In this document: positions 30,023 to 38,868 of the stretch, piece after piece
Numbering within the stretch: position 1 is the stretch's first letter
Layout of the letters: each line of letters opens with the position of its first letter
Source of the DNA: an uncultured Chloroflexia bacterium
Lineage (GTDB): Bacteria > Chloroflexota > Dehalococcoidia > GIF9 > UBA5629
Length of the DNA stretch: 64,000 bases
NCBI GenBank assembly: GCA_963752975.1
Contig: CAVWAG010000005.1
Coordinates: 11,572-75,571, forward strand
Direction: 5' to 3'
Notes under the pieces: generated by a model
What the model was told of the DNA's origin: nothing
What the model saw: only the letters and a program-made list of their open reading frames with translations
The model's database searches: none
Program-made: the position numbers and the translations under genes

Positions 30023-31720
30023 TCACTTGATCGTCTGGGGTTGGGTGGGCTGGATAGGCTGCAAAGGCAGAACCGTATCGGTTCTTAGCCTAAATGAGCA
30101 GGCTGATGTTGCCTGGGCTTGTGTAGAGTAACATTTGCCCCCGGAATTGCTGCAGGAAGACTGTGTGGCCTGGAAGACCTTTCCACCTGAGCAGCACCAG
30201 CAAGTAGCCTGCAGGTAGCATGCCCTCGCCTGGATTTGGTCAGTGTAGAATGTGCCGCCCGCATATTTACAGGCAGTGGCAGTAGTTGTGGAGAGCTGGC
30301 CGTTCTGGCAGCAGTATCCCTGCTGCTGGCAGGCTTGCCCCGCCTGGTTCGGGTCGGTATAGAATGTGCCCCCGGCATCTTTACATGTGGACAGGGTTGC
30401 CGAGGTGAGCCGGCCGTTCTGGCAGCAGTACCCCTGCTGCTGGCAGGCTTGCCCCGCCTGGTTCGGGTCGGTATAGAATGTGCCTCCGGCATCTTTACAT
30501 GTGGACAGGGTTGCCGAGGTGAGCCGGCCGTTCTGGCAGCAGTACCCCTGCTGCTGGCAGGCTTGCCCCGCCTGGTTCGGGTCGGTATAGAATGTGCCTC
30601 CCGCATCTTTACATGTGGACAGGGTTGCCGAGGTGAGCCGGCCGTTCTGGCAGCAGTACCCCTGCTGCTGGCAGGCTTGCCCCGCCTGGTTCGGGTCGGT
30701 ATAGAATGTGCCTCCGGCATCTTTACACGTGGATAGGGTTGCCGAGGTGAGCCGCCCGTTCTGGCAGCAGTACCCCTGCTGCTGGCAGGCTTTGGTTGCC
30801 TCCGCCTCGGTTGTATACAAGAAAGCCCCAGCCTGTGTGGCCTGGGCCGAAGTGCCCTGGAACACCTTGCCGCCAGTGCAGAACCAGCCTGTTGCAGGCT
30901 GGCAAGCTTTGATCACCTCTGCCTCGGTAGCATACCAGTTTCCTCCCACTTTGCCGCATTGCTCTTTGGAGGCCGGGGAGTACTTGCCGTTGCTGCAGCA
31001 CCAGCCTGTACCAGGCTTGTAGCAATACCAATTTTGCTGTTTATCAGGAGAGTAGTAGCAGGGCTGATCCAGGCATTTCTGGTTTGACCCAAGGGCTGCC
31101 GCCTCCTCAGGTCTCAGGCACTTGTTGCAGCCGATGGGGCATTTCGCAAACGGAGGTGGCCAGGGAGACACAATAGATGCAGTCGATGAGGTTAAAGAAA
31201 CTGGCGAGGAAAACTGGGGTAACCATTTAGGAGCACGTGATTCGGTCTGGTTCTCAACGGCTCCCGTCTGCCCGGCTGGCAGTTCAAGCTTCGGCTGGCG
31301 CACAGTAGCATAAGATAGTGTCAGCATTTTATCCACCGTACCGTTCCCGTTACTGACCCTCAGTATGGAGTTGAACTCATTGCTGTCACCGGTACGGAAT
31401 TGATTGGGAGTCATCCCCCGGACAGACCCTTTGATGGTTGCATCGGGAGGACCGCTGATCAGTTTAATAAGTGAGCCCGCCTCAATTAACTCTAAACTTG
31501 TAGCCCCCGATACTTCGAATTTATACACGGCTGATTCGTTGTCTTTTAATGTTAAAGGCTCGGCAGTGAATGACTTGATTTGCGGCAGGGGTCCGTTGGC
31601 CGTGGCTCCGGCCGTGCCGGTGGTTGAAGCGGAGATGACGATGACCGCCAGTACAAGGCACAGGCACAATATGGCTATTACTTTTAAAAAATGGTGAACC
31701 CATAAATATTGTTTCCGCAT
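30023..31720 (-). CDS. secreted/anchored cysteine-rich repeat protein (about eight CC-x12-C-x17-C modules)
   Basis: N-terminal hydrophobic anchor and an Ig-like domain, then 8 modules of about 38 aa. Four of them have the identical sequence QQQGYCCQNGRLTSATLSTCKDAGGTFYTDPNQAGQAC. Confidence 0.8.
   Translation of the reverse strand: MRKQYLWVHHFLKVIAILCLCLVLAVIVISASTTGTAGATANGPLPQIKSFTAEPLTLKDNESAVYKFEVSGATSLELIEAGSLIKLISGPPDATIKGSVRGMTPNQFRTGDSNEFNSILRVSNGNGTVDKMLTLSYATVRQPKLELPAGQTGAVENQTESRAPKWLPQFSSPVSLTSSTASIVSPWPPPFAKCPIGCNKCLRPEEAAALGSNQKCLDQPCYYSPDKQQNWYCYKPGTGWCCSNGKYSPASKEQCGKVGGNWYATEAEVIKACQPATGWFCTGGKVFQGTSAQATQAGAFLYTTEAEATKACQQQGYCCQNGRLTSATLSTCKDAGGTFYTDPNQAGQACQQQGYCCQNGRLTSATLSTCKDAGGTFYTDPNQAGQACQQQGYCCQNGRLTSATLSTCKDAGGTFYTDPNQAGQACQQQGYCCQNGRLTSATLSTCKDAGGTFYTDPNQAGQACQQQGYCCQNGQLSTTTATACKYAGGTFYTDQIQARACYLQATCWCCSGGKVFQATQSSCSNSGGKCYSTQAQATSACSFRLRTDTVLPLQPIQPTQPQTIK
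30302..30757 (-). repeat. 4 x 114-bp near-identical tandem repeat inside the Cys-rich protein gene
   Basis: Copies start at 30302, 30416, 30530 and 30644, with 1-3 differences per copy and identical translations, so all differences are synonymous. Diverged copies flank both sides. Confidence 0.9.
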
Positions 31721-31830
31721 ACCGCTACCTCCAATTGTTATTAATGCAATCCGGCCGGACTGCTGTGACCTCAGCCACCCATCTGCAATCCCCCTAAATG
31801 CGAGTATATCATAATAAATTATAAATTAAC

Positions 31831-32793
31831 ATGAAAAGTCACAGGGAACTCCCATACACTATCCCCGATACAACAACTATGTTAAACTATCTCATGGCAT
31901 TTGACCCGTCAATCATCTTCCAGTCCGCCAAGCTGGGCGACCTGCCTTTCATTGTCAGGGAACTCGACCGCGCGCAGGCGCTTCTCGATGAGAATAAACC
32001 TGTCGGGCGCATCTACGGGGTAAGCGGCGGGGCGCTGGTGGCCATGGCATTCGCTCTGGCGCTGGCGGCGAAAAAAGACCCTCAGAAGTGGGGCAGGGCT
32101 TCAACGGCCGTGAAGGACCTCCGCAATTTCCTGTCAAAGGCGCGCGGCTGGCAGATACGTACTTTCAATATCAATATCTGGTACGGGCGCTCCAACCTGG
32201 ACCCCCTGCGGCGGTGGCTGGAAAAACGGTTGAAGATATATATGGGAACAGCAAATAAAACTGGTGCACCTGAAGGTACACCCCTACATATTATTGACCA
32301 AACCGTGCTGCTGATCTCCGACCTCGGTATCCCGCTCTATGTCTGCACCATGGACAGGGACGCCGTCTTCACCATGTTCGGCCCGCCGGACGACACGCTG
32401 CAATGCCCCTACCAGTTCATGCATATGGGTCCTCCACAGGACGCCCCCCTGGTGGACGCGGTCATCGCCGCGGTCAGCACTCTGCTATCCACCAGGCCCT
32501 CCACGGTCAACGGCAAGTATGTGTACGACTGCCGCCCGCCTATCGTGGACGCCGGGGCCATCGTGGCCGACCTGGAGGCCAAAGACCCGCGGCCCATGCT
32601 GCGAACGCGGCCACACGCCGTGATACGCGACTGGAAGCTGAATTTCATCACCTCTTCATTTATCATGCATTCCCAGCACGAGCGCAACCAGGCACTGATG
32701 GCGGACTACTACCTGGACCTGCTGCGCCGCCAGCGAGAGCTGCTGCAAAAGGTACAAAGAAAAGCAGCCCGGCTTCACTATGGAATCGCTTAA
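31831..32793 (+). CDS. patatin-like phospholipase (divergent, lacks glycine-rich oxyanion motif)
   Basis: GxSxG as GVSGG and a downstream VDAGA (Asp of the dyad). Paralogous to the next gene (NLDPLRRWLEKRLKIY versus NLDPLKEFLAARLKEY). Confidence 0.7.
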   Translation: MKSHRELPYTIPDTTTMLNYLMAFDPSIIFQSAKLGDLPFIVRELDRAQALLDENKPVGRIYGVSGGALVAMAFALALAAKKDPQKWGRASTAVKDLRNFLSKARGWQIRTFNINIWYGRSNLDPLRRWLEKRLKIYMGTANKTGAPEGTPLHIIDQTVLLISDLGIPLYVCTMDRDAVFTMFGPPDDTLQCPYQFMHMGPPQDAPLVDAVIAAVSTLLSTRPSTVNGKYVYDCRPPIVDAGAIVADLEAKDPRPMLRTRPHAVIRDWKLNFITSSFIMHSQHERNQALMADYYLDLLRRQRELLQKVQRKAARLHYGIA

Positions 32794-32867
32794 AACTAAG
32801 GAGTCCGCCGCCGGCCATCGGCCACGCGGACCTGCCATACGTGGGCTCCACCGAGGCCGCGACCAAC

Positions 32868-33863
32868 ATGCGCGAGTCTTCTAAAAACCGCGTGGCCATC
32901 ATGACGCGCTTCAACGAGATACTGGACGGACAGCTCGACAGCTTCCCCTTCGAACACCCGGCCAACATCATCTACGGCGCGGGAGGCTTCTCCGGCATAC
33001 TGGGAGGCCTGGTCACGACACGGGCCGTGGACGAGGGCTTCAAGCGCGGGGGCGGCGAGGTCAAGCAGATCTACGGGGTCTCAGCCGGCGTGCTCAACAG
33101 CTTCTTCCACGCCGTTCAGGTGGCCGCCGCTCGCTTCCCGGATATCTACAGGCCCGCGGCACAGCACGCGCTGGAAGACCTTGAAGGCTTCGTGGCCAAC
33201 CTGCAGACGGACAGGCTGGTCAGGATAAACCGCGACCCGCGGCGCTTTTGGATGGGTTGGGGCAACCTGGATCCACTCAAGGAATTCCTGGCCGCCAGGC
33301 TGAAAGAGTATACGGGCCTACCCGAGCCAGAGAAGCTGACCTTCGACGAGATAAAGCTGCCGCTGACGGTTACGGCCGCTCGCGGCGATGGCTTCACAGA
33401 TTTCCTGGGCATGACCGGGCCGGACCGGCATTACGAGTTCGGCGGATACACCTGGAAGGTGCTGGAGGCGCCTGTCATCAGTGCCATCGTGGCCGGCTGG
33501 ACCATGAACACCTATATCGAGCCGACAGACCTCAACGGGCAGAAGTACCGCGACGGAGGCGGCACCTTCTACGACCCGTCGGTGCTGGTGGCCTGCCTGG
33601 ACCCGAAGCTTGTCAACCTCATCACCGTCCACCTCGACCACCCGGAGAGCCACAGTGAAAACCTGCCGGAACTCCCGGATATCGCCCGCATCATCCTGGA
33701 TACCCACAATTACACCTTCCCCGAAGCGCAGCGCCGCCAGCGCGTCATATCTGGGCTCCTCTACGACCACTTTCGCCTGCGCCTCTACGCGGAGGAGAAC
33801 GGCGTCCCCGTGGAGCCGGATTTCCGCCGGCAATGGAAACTGCAGGATACCGGATACCTGTAA
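32868..33863 (+). CDS. patatin-like phospholipase
   Basis: GAGGFSG oxyanion motif, GVSAG nucleophile elbow and YRDGGG dyad Asp. I take ATG 32868; the upstream part of ORF 32403..33863 overlaps the previous gene in another frame. Confidence 0.8.
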   Translation: MRESSKNRVAIMTRFNEILDGQLDSFPFEHPANIIYGAGGFSGILGGLVTTRAVDEGFKRGGGEVKQIYGVSAGVLNSFFHAVQVAAARFPDIYRPAAQHALEDLEGFVANLQTDRLVRINRDPRRFWMGWGNLDPLKEFLAARLKEYTGLPEPEKLTFDEIKLPLTVTAARGDGFTDFLGMTGPDRHYEFGGYTWKVLEAPVISAIVAGWTMNTYIEPTDLNGQKYRDGGGTFYDPSVLVACLDPKLVNLITVHLDHPESHSENLPELPDIARIILDTHNYTFPEAQRRQRVISGLLYDHFRLRLYAEENGVPVEPDFRRQWKLQDTGYL

Positions 33864-33935
33864 CCGCTTAAAATATCCCGCTTCTTTCAGGTGTTATAAT
33901 GGGGCCGTCCGGTTTTCCGGCCAGGGAGATAAATC

Positions 33936-34691
33936 ATGCGAAGAATCTTGTTACTTCCGGTAACCACCTGTATTTTGCTTGCGCTGCTGGTCCCCTCCTG
34001 CAGTCTCTCAACACCGAGGACGAAACTGACGGTGGCCTGCGATGCCACCTGGCCGCCCTTCGAGATAATCAACGAGCAGACCAAGGAGCTGGACGGCTTT
34101 GGCCCGGAATTGATGCGGGCCATAGCTGCCAAAGCTGGGCTGGATATCGAGTTGGTCAACGTGGGCTTCGATTCCGTGCTGGCCGGCGTGTCGCAATGCC
34201 AGTACGACATGGCGGTATCCTCCATCACCATTACCGAGGAACGCAAGAAAACCATTCTCTTCTCCGACCCCTACTACGCCGCCGGGCAGATCATCACGGT
34301 GGGCAAGGACAATACTACGATCAATAGCAAGGACGACCTGGCCGGCAAGACGGTAGGAGGCCAGATAGGCACGACGGGCATCATCGAAGCGGGCAAGATA
34401 CCCGGGGCGAAGGTCAAGACCTTTGACGATGTAGGCTTTGCCTTCCAGGACGTCATTAACGGCCAGCTCGACGCGGCCATAGCTGATAACCCTATAGCCC
34501 AGGGCTATGTCGCTAAAAACAAGGATAAGCTCAAGATGGTCGGCCCCATTTTCACCGACGAATACTATGGCATAGCCATATGCAAGAAGAACGCCTACCT
34601 TGTACCGAAGATTAACGCCGCCCTCAAAGCCCTCAAGGAGGAGGGCTTCCTGGACAAGCTCTCTAAAAAGTGGGTCGGCCCAGTAGGCTAA
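33936..34691 (+). CDS. polar amino acid ABC transporter substrate-binding lipoprotein
   Basis: Lipobox VPSCS. SBP_bac_3-like sequence (FDSVLAGVSQCQYDMAVSSITITEERKK). Confidence 0.85.
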   Translation: MRRILLLPVTTCILLALLVPSCSLSTPRTKLTVACDATWPPFEIINEQTKELDGFGPELMRAIAAKAGLDIELVNVGFDSVLAGVSQCQYDMAVSSITITEERKKTILFSDPYYAAGQIITVGKDNTTINSKDDLAGKTVGGQIGTTGIIEAGKIPGAKVKTFDDVGFAFQDVINGQLDAAIADNPIAQGYVAKNKDKLKMVGPIFTDEYYGIAICKKNAYLVPKINAALKALKEEGFLDKLSKKWVGPVG

Positions 34692-34830
34692 CTCCGGTTT
34701 TCTACCCCGCCGGGCGTTCAGGGCGTATAATATAACCCGGTTATATGAGCATATCGGAAAAACCCGATCTCCCTCCACAGGAACTTGACCATATCCCGGG
34801 CGCCGAGCCATCGGCACGCATAGACGCCTG

Positions 34831-35571
34831 GTGGTGGCTGGTAGCCCTCATCGTTGGCATTACGGTCCTCTGCTTATCACCTGGCCCGACCCCTTCTGGA
34901 ATATCTTGAAATTTGTTCAGGACGGCATCGTAGTCACGGTGACCGTCACCCTGATATCCTTTGTGCTGGTGCTGTTCCTGGGCATGCTGGGCGGACTGGG
35001 CAGGCTTTCCAATAACCGCGTAGTGTACCTGGCCTCAACGTTATACGTGGAACTGGTGCGCGGGGTTCCCCTTCTTGTGCAGCTCATGGCATGGTACTTC
35101 GCCGTTCCCGTAGTAATACAGACCGCGGGTAAGGCCTGGGGCATTGCGGCAATGGAGGGCTTCCAGGCCGATCCCATAGTGATGGCCATCCTCGGCCTGG
35201 TCTTCTGCTACAGCGCCTACATGAGCGAGATATACCGCGCCGGCATCCAGAGCATCCCCAAAGGCCAGATGGAAGCCGCGCGCAGCCTGGGCATGACCTA
35301 CTTCCAGGCTATGGGCCACGTAGTGCTGCCGCAGGCCGTGCGCGTTATCCTGCCTCCCATCGGCAACGAGTTCATAGCGCTGCTTAAGGATTCCTCACTG
35401 GTCAGCGTTGTGGCGGTTGCCGATCTGACGCGCCGCGGGCGCGAATATTCCTCGACTCATTTCAATCCCATCGAGGTCTGGCTGCTGATAGCACTTTTAT
35501 ACCTGATCATGACCCTTTTCTCGGCGCGCATCGTAAACTGGGTAGAAAAGAAAACTAAATTCGAGAGGTAA
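34831..35571 (+). CDS. amino acid ABC transporter permease (His/Glu/Gln/Arg family)
   Basis: YVELVRGVPLLVQL and the EAA-like motif EAARSLGMTYFQ. The N-terminus probably extends to ATG 34747 (MSISEKPD...WWWLVALIVGITVL) through a frameshift near 34875. Confidence 0.8.
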   Translation: MVAGSPHRWHYGPLLITWPDPFWNILKFVQDGIVVTVTVTLISFVLVLFLGMLGGLGRLSNNRVVYLASTLYVELVRGVPLLVQLMAWYFAVPVVIQTAGKAWGIAAMEGFQADPIVMAILGLVFCYSAYMSEIYRAGIQSIPKGQMEAARSLGMTYFQAMGHVVLPQAVRVILPPIGNEFIALLKDSSLVSVVAVADLTRRGREYSSTHFNPIEVWLLIALLYLIMTLFSARIVNWVEKKTKFER

Positions 35572-35574
35572 TAA

Positions 35575-36312
35575 TTGGCAGACCCCATCATCCGCATTGA
35601 AAATGTGCATAAATACTTCGGCAGGGTACATGCCCTGCGGGGCGTGAGCCTGGATATCCAGCGGGGCGAGGTGGTGGTGATCGTCGGCCCCTCGGGCTCG
35701 GGCAAATCCACGCTGCTGCGCTGCATCAACCGGCTGGAAACCTGCGAAAATGGCAGGATAACAGTGGACGGCATTCCTCTGGCCGGTAACAGGAACATCA
35801 ACGTTGTGCGCCGCGAGGTGGGCATGGTCTTCCAGTCCTTCAACCTCTTCAGCCATCTGACCGTCCTGGAAAACCTGATGCTGGCCCAGCGTGTGGTGCG
35901 CAAAAGGTCAAAGGAAGAGGCCAGGCAGACCGCCATCGGCCTGCTCAACAAGGTGGGCATACCGGATAAGGCGGATGTCAAACCCGCGCAACTTTCCGGC
36001 GGTCAGCAGCAGAGGGTAGCCATCGCACGCGCCCTGGCTATGAACCCCAAGGTCATGCTCTTCGATGAGCCCACCAGCGCGCTCGACCCGGAGATGATCA
36101 AGGAGGTGCTGGAGGTGATGCTGGCACTGGCCAGGGAAGGCATGACCATGGCCGTTGTTTCACACGAGATGGGCTTCACCCGAGCCGCCGCCAGACGTGT
36201 AATCTTCATGGATGAGGGACAGATACTCGAGGAAGCGCCGCCGGACATCCTCTTCAACTCGCCAACACATGAAAGGACGAAGCAGTTCCTGAGCAAGATT
36301 TTGAGCCACTGA
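35575..36312 (+). CDS. amino acid ABC transporter ATP-binding protein
   Basis: [24 protein letters not shown] and [13 protein letters not shown]. Confidence 0.9.
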   Translation: MADPIIRIENVHKYFGRVHALRGVSLDIQRGEVVVIVGPSGSGKSTLLRCINRLETCENGRITVDGIPLAGNRNINVVRREVGMVFQSFNLFSHLTVLENLMLAQRVVRKRSKEEARQTAIGLLNKVGIPDKADVKPAQLSGGQQQRVAIARALAMNPKVMLFDEPTSALDPEMIKEVLEVMLALAREGMTMAVVSHEMGFTRAAARRVIFMDEGQILEEAPPDILFNSPTHERTKQFLSKILSH

Positions 36313-36320
36313 TGAGGGTG

Positions 36321-38012
36321 CTAACCCTCGTCGTACGGCAAAACCATTACGTTGCCTTCCAGGAGCACCAGCATCACATTTTCCGCCGGGGCTGCACGTA
36401 TTTCGGAGGCTAATTGCTCCGATTCCCCGTCAGATAGCTGCGGAACACTGTCCGTAGTGAGCCCGGCATAGCGGATCCTGCGCACTTTATACCCCAGCTT
36501 CTGCTCAATCATTAACACCACCGGTGATTTATTGTCACTGAGCAGCACGGTAACTTTTTTGCGCATGGCCCCGGTCTCCGCTCCCCGCAATTGGTCTTGC
36601 CTGGCTATACGCAGGTGATATATCAGTACCGGGACGGCAATGAAGACCGTCTGCAAACTCCACTTCGCATTGCGCAGAGCTTCCAGACCAAGGTTGCCGG
36701 ACAGCATTCCATTGAGCAACTGGTAAACTATGTTGACCAGGTCCGCGGCCAGCATCACCACAGAAGCGCCTACGATTACATACAGGTAAATTCGCCTCGA
36801 TCTTGCGCGCCTTTCTGCGGCGCCGCCACCCTCCACCATAGCGGTTATCTGCCCCCAGTAATACAGCCAGAGCGGAATCGATACTAACAGCATCGATAGG
36901 CCCAGGCTGAGCTGGTTATTCCACCAACCCGGTTCCAACACGATAGTTTCATTTTGCAAAGAGTTGATAACCCAATCCAGCGGTATTCCCAGCATTATGA
37001 TCAACCCGGCGATAAGCGTCCCCAATCCGAGGAATGCCATAAGATACTGATGGACGCGGCGGGCCGACAGCCGATGTTCCTGCTCCGCGGCAGCTTCCTC
37101 TTCAGCTTTCCGCAGGTGATAAAACCAGATACAGGCCGCGATCAGTATGGTGGGAATAGACCAGCCAAGGAACTGGAAGTAACCGGTGACGTCTTTGCCG
37201 CCACCCAGCAGCCAGTAAAGTACCTTATAAACGGTGATTGTGAGCGCAGTCAGCCCTGCTATGGCGCCGCCCAGGATGGTTAAAAGGTAAAAATAGACCT
37301 GGCGCAGCGAAGATTTGCTGTCGAACCGGGCCATATAGAACCAGTAGAATGCCCAGACCAGGCCGCCGGTCAGAATCCAGGCCAGGGTGCTGCGGGTCCC
37401 GCTATTCCAGAAACTGCCCCTGACCATAACGCCTTCCCAGATTGGAAGTGAAATAAAAGCCGTGTTGACCAGTTGCACAAGCCCGACAGCAAGCCAGATC
37501 AACCCGGCAGCCGAAAGTATGTAGATATACCAGCGGCGCACTGTTTCAGCCACCGCTGTGGTATGCCCTTCCTTTGCGGATACCCGCCAATGGTAATACC
37601 AGACCGCAGCAAATATTATAAGAGCGGCCGTGCTGCCCGGGCTGAACTGCTCCGGCCTGCACCTCCCATCAACCATACCAGCAGCATATTGAAGGTAAAG
37701 ACCGTTACAAACGCCGAGACGATAAGGATAAAGTTGAGAAAGAAAGCCCGCAGCGACGAACCCGATTCATCTGCATCCGCGGCAGCCTGGCGTTGAATTG
37801 TGCCCCAGAACAGGAACCACAACGGGCCTCCTATGATAACCATAGCGATACCCAGGCTCAACTGCTGTTTAGTATCGCCGATTTCGGCAAGGGTAAACCT
37901 GGCAAGTATAGTATCGAAGGATAGCGACAGCAGGTTGATCAAGCCCGGCGGCCAGTATTCCCAATGTGATCAGGGTCAATATATAGAAAAAGACACGCCT
38001 TACGGTGCTCAA
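36321..38012 (-). pseudogene. 12-TM membrane protein built from six 2-TM repeats plus a C-terminal soluble domain, 2 frame interruptions
   Basis: ORFs 36321..37676 and 37616..37942 plus an upstream TTG 38012 (after GGGAGGAAG). Six modules of an (R)R.(Y/F).Y(I/L) helix followed by a (P)(L/V)W.(Y/F)(Y/H)(W/L) helix. Shifts near 37660 and 37950. Confidence 0.6.
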
Positions 38013-38038
38013 AATTTAGCTTCCTCCCGCTGTTAGCT

Positions 38039-38521
38039 TCAGTACAGCCACCAGATGTCCGCCGGCTGATTGATCAGCCACCTGCCGTCCTGCTTTTGCA
38101 GCATAAAGGTGACCCGGTTGGTAGTAACCGGGTTGGCCAGCGGCCCCTCGGGCCTGAGCACATCGACCGCCACTTCCACAGTGGCAATATTATCGCTGAC
38201 CGTGGATTTCAATATGCTGGCTTTCCACGACGAAGTATCCCTTGAAGATTGCAGGGATCGCACCCAGTTCTCGTAGGAATCCCCTTTAACCTGTTCGGGT
38301 TGTGGGGCAAGGTAACCGTAGGCTTTCAGATAGTCATGGTCTTTGACTGCCATCAGGAACCGCTGCACTGTGCCCTCCGGCGAGGTATCGGAGAGCAGTT
38401 TAACCGGTTCATTGCCGCCCGTAATGGCAAGTGTAACCGCAATGCCCACGATTGCCACGATGATAATGCCGAAGACAAGCAGGAAACGGTTCGAGCTTTT
38501 CATAAACAGCCCCATCACCAA
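38039..38521 (-). CDS. membrane-anchored hypothetical protein
   Basis: N-terminal TM helix followed by a ~120-aa soluble domain (SnoaL/DUF4878-like by feel only). Confidence 0.5.
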   Translation of the reverse strand: MVMGLFMKSSNRFLLVFGIIIVAIVGIAVTLAITGGNEPVKLLSDTSPEGTVQRFLMAVKDHDYLKAYGYLAPQPEQVKGDSYENWVRSLQSSRDTSSWKASILKSTVSDNIATVEVAVDVLRPEGPLANPVTTNRVTFMLQKQDGRWLINQPADIWWLY

Positions 38522-38582
38522 TTATGCCAGCCGGTTTATAATCGCGCAATCAATAAACAGGACGCAGAATTTACTCCGGGCG

Positions 38583-38843
38583 CTAATACCCCTCCTCTTC
38601 CCTGTCTCGACCGATAATGACATACTCCATGGCAGAGATGAAAAAGATGGCGAAGAGGATGATGGCCAGCATGTCTCCCGCCCTCAGGTTGTTATCCTTC
38701 ATCCATTCGCCTATCGAGGTGTTTTCGTACATCCACGAGGCCAGCATGAAGAAGTTGAAAAGCGTGAGGTAAAAGGTTATGCGGCTGAAGGTGTAGTTGG
38801 CCGCCTTGCGTATCACGTGTTTAAGATAATTAAGTGTTTCCAT
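38583..38843 (-). CDS. small membrane protein, unknown function
   Basis: 86 aa with two hydrophobic helices. Co-directional between the helicase and the downstream membrane genes. Confidence 0.45.
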   Translation of the reverse strand: METLNYLKHVIRKAANYTFSRITFYLTLFNFFMLASWMYENTSIGEWMKDNNLRAGDMLAIILFAIFFISAMEYVIIGRDREEEGY

Positions 38844-38868
38844 GGTTCTCCTTTACTGAAAAATCCCG

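Noticed and set aside
30085-30736. Alternative-frame ORFs (211 aa minus, 166 aa plus, others) across the 114-bp tandem repeats
   Set aside because: They are produced automatically by the periodic sequence. Only the 565-aa frame has a signal or anchor, continuity with flanking diverged modules, and exclusively synonymous inter-copy differences.
32403-32867. N-terminal 155 aa of ORF 32403..33863 (Arg/Pro/Gly-rich) as real coding sequence
   Set aside because: It overlaps the first patatin gene in another frame and is compositionally aberrant. The conserved patatin sequence begins only after ATG 32868.
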